This document shows, one piece after another, positions 63,101-64,000 of a stretch of DNA of 64,000 bases (position 1 is the first letter of the stretch; every line of letters starts with the position of its first letter). The notes under the pieces were generated by a model that saw nothing but the letters and a program-made list of their open reading frames with translations, did no database searches and had not been told where the DNA came from. A program made the position numbers and the translations under genes. This DNA comes from Lophium mytilinum (taxonomy: Eukaryota): assembly GCA_010093605.1 (NCBI GenBank), contig MU004193.1:751520-815519 (forward strand). The letters run 5' to 3'.

Positions 63101-63702
63101 GTCGAATTCGGAGTATGTAGAATTGGAGGTAGATGCATAGACATAGGTTGCGTTTCAGATGAGTTGCCTTGGGCGACATGAGGTAGGTGAGGACGTGCTG
63201 AGGTCGTTGTGACTGCGTTCGAACTGCCTAAGATCGCTTCAACTCGATGTGAGATGTTACAGTGGTCTTTTAATAAGGCATTCGGCGTAGGAAGTTCCAA
63301 TCGCGACCGTGCAACGGGTGCAAGCGGTGAAGGTGGCACACCACTCGAATTATTTCTAAGTGGATGAGACACTGGAACAGGCGGCGGCCTAAGGGAGCTG
63401 GTTGCTGTGACGGAGTCCTGGCTAGTGGTTGGCCAGAAGTCAACTGTAGATGGCCTCTGAGGAAGTCTGCCATTATGATATCTCAGCAGCTTTTCCACCG
63501 GTTTCTTGTCTTCATCGATCAAGACCCATCTCTGAGCGGCTGCATCGACTAAGGTCCGTGTCTGAGAGGCTGGCTTGCCGTATAGTGTTGACATATTACG
63601 CCTCTTGAGCCCATGGTGTTCCACTCGCCCCAAGAGCTCAGTCTGGGGAGAGTTCCGCTCGCCGGCGGTAAGGATGCCCCGATCTTCCAGATAGCTGGCC
63701 AT
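60144..63702 (-). CDS. Large low-complexity protein with an internal Zn(II)2Cys6 cluster
   Basis: Intron 62138-62189 joins the 513-aa and 690-aa ORFs to give CVTCKRQRIECGEKNPYCNYCVHRNRYCEY. The 5' end is uncertain and may extend upstream. Confidence 0.8.
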
Positions 63703-63706
63703 GATA

Positions 63707-63932
63707 CAATGCCGTACCACAAATCTGTGTACAATGGTCTATCACTGCTGGGGGGTGCCCCTCTAGGCTTTCGAGTTTCAGACGCGATATGTTCATCAAG
63801 GCTGTGGGGATCGAATGGCCTTTTGGCTCCCTGCCCACTTGACCGCTAAGCTACTCCTGACGATGGTGTTGGGCGAGCAAGAGCCAGCTTCGAGCACTGC
63901 TATGTCGTGTACCCAGACCCGCTTTATCACTC
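63707..63932 (+). mobile_element. Tc1-type MITE, copy 6
   Basis: TA|CAATGCCGTACCACAAATCTGTGTAC, ATCACTGCTGGGGGGTGCCCC, GCTACTCCTGACGATGGTGTTGGGCGAGCAAGA and GTGTACCCAGAC are colinear with copy 3. Confidence 0.7.
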
Positions 63933-64000
63933 CAGGCAGCCGGAAGGTATGTGGTTTTAACAGCTGTGGGGATTAAACGGCCTCTTGACTCCCTACCCAC

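Overview
A 64-kb window of a filamentous ascomycete genome (probably a Dothideomycete, which is an inference), with short GT-AG introns and CTRAC/CTAAC branch sites. Bases 1-~9950 form an AT-rich block that is TpA-rich and CpA/TpG-depleted, as expected after repeat-induced point mutation (RIP). It holds relics of a Tc1/IS630-type transposase and of several host-like genes, including a coiled-coil repeat gene. Bases ~10-26 kb look accessory: a frameshifted DUF7918-like gene, a PTH11-like receptor plus TRI12-type MFS pair bracketed by long inverted repeat arrays, back-to-back caspase-like and GH27 gene fragments, and a double F-box-like gene. Bases 27-35 kb are core genes (sconB/MET30, atg17, rio1). 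The rest holds two Zn2Cys6 genes, a kinase, a divergent sugar transporter/GH31 alpha-xylosidase pair, a BTB gene and small ORFs. Three structures stand out. (1) A ~5.3-kb two-gene cassette bounded by colinear inverted repeats (13976-19280). (2) A ~230-bp Tc1-type MITE family with at least six diverged copies, two of them inside introns. (3) A 150-bp tandem array related to that MITE, interrupted by an inverted-repeat-bounded insert carrying a degenerate tRNA-like gene with a nominal CTA anticodon. All family assignments come from motif recognition by eye; no database searches were run.
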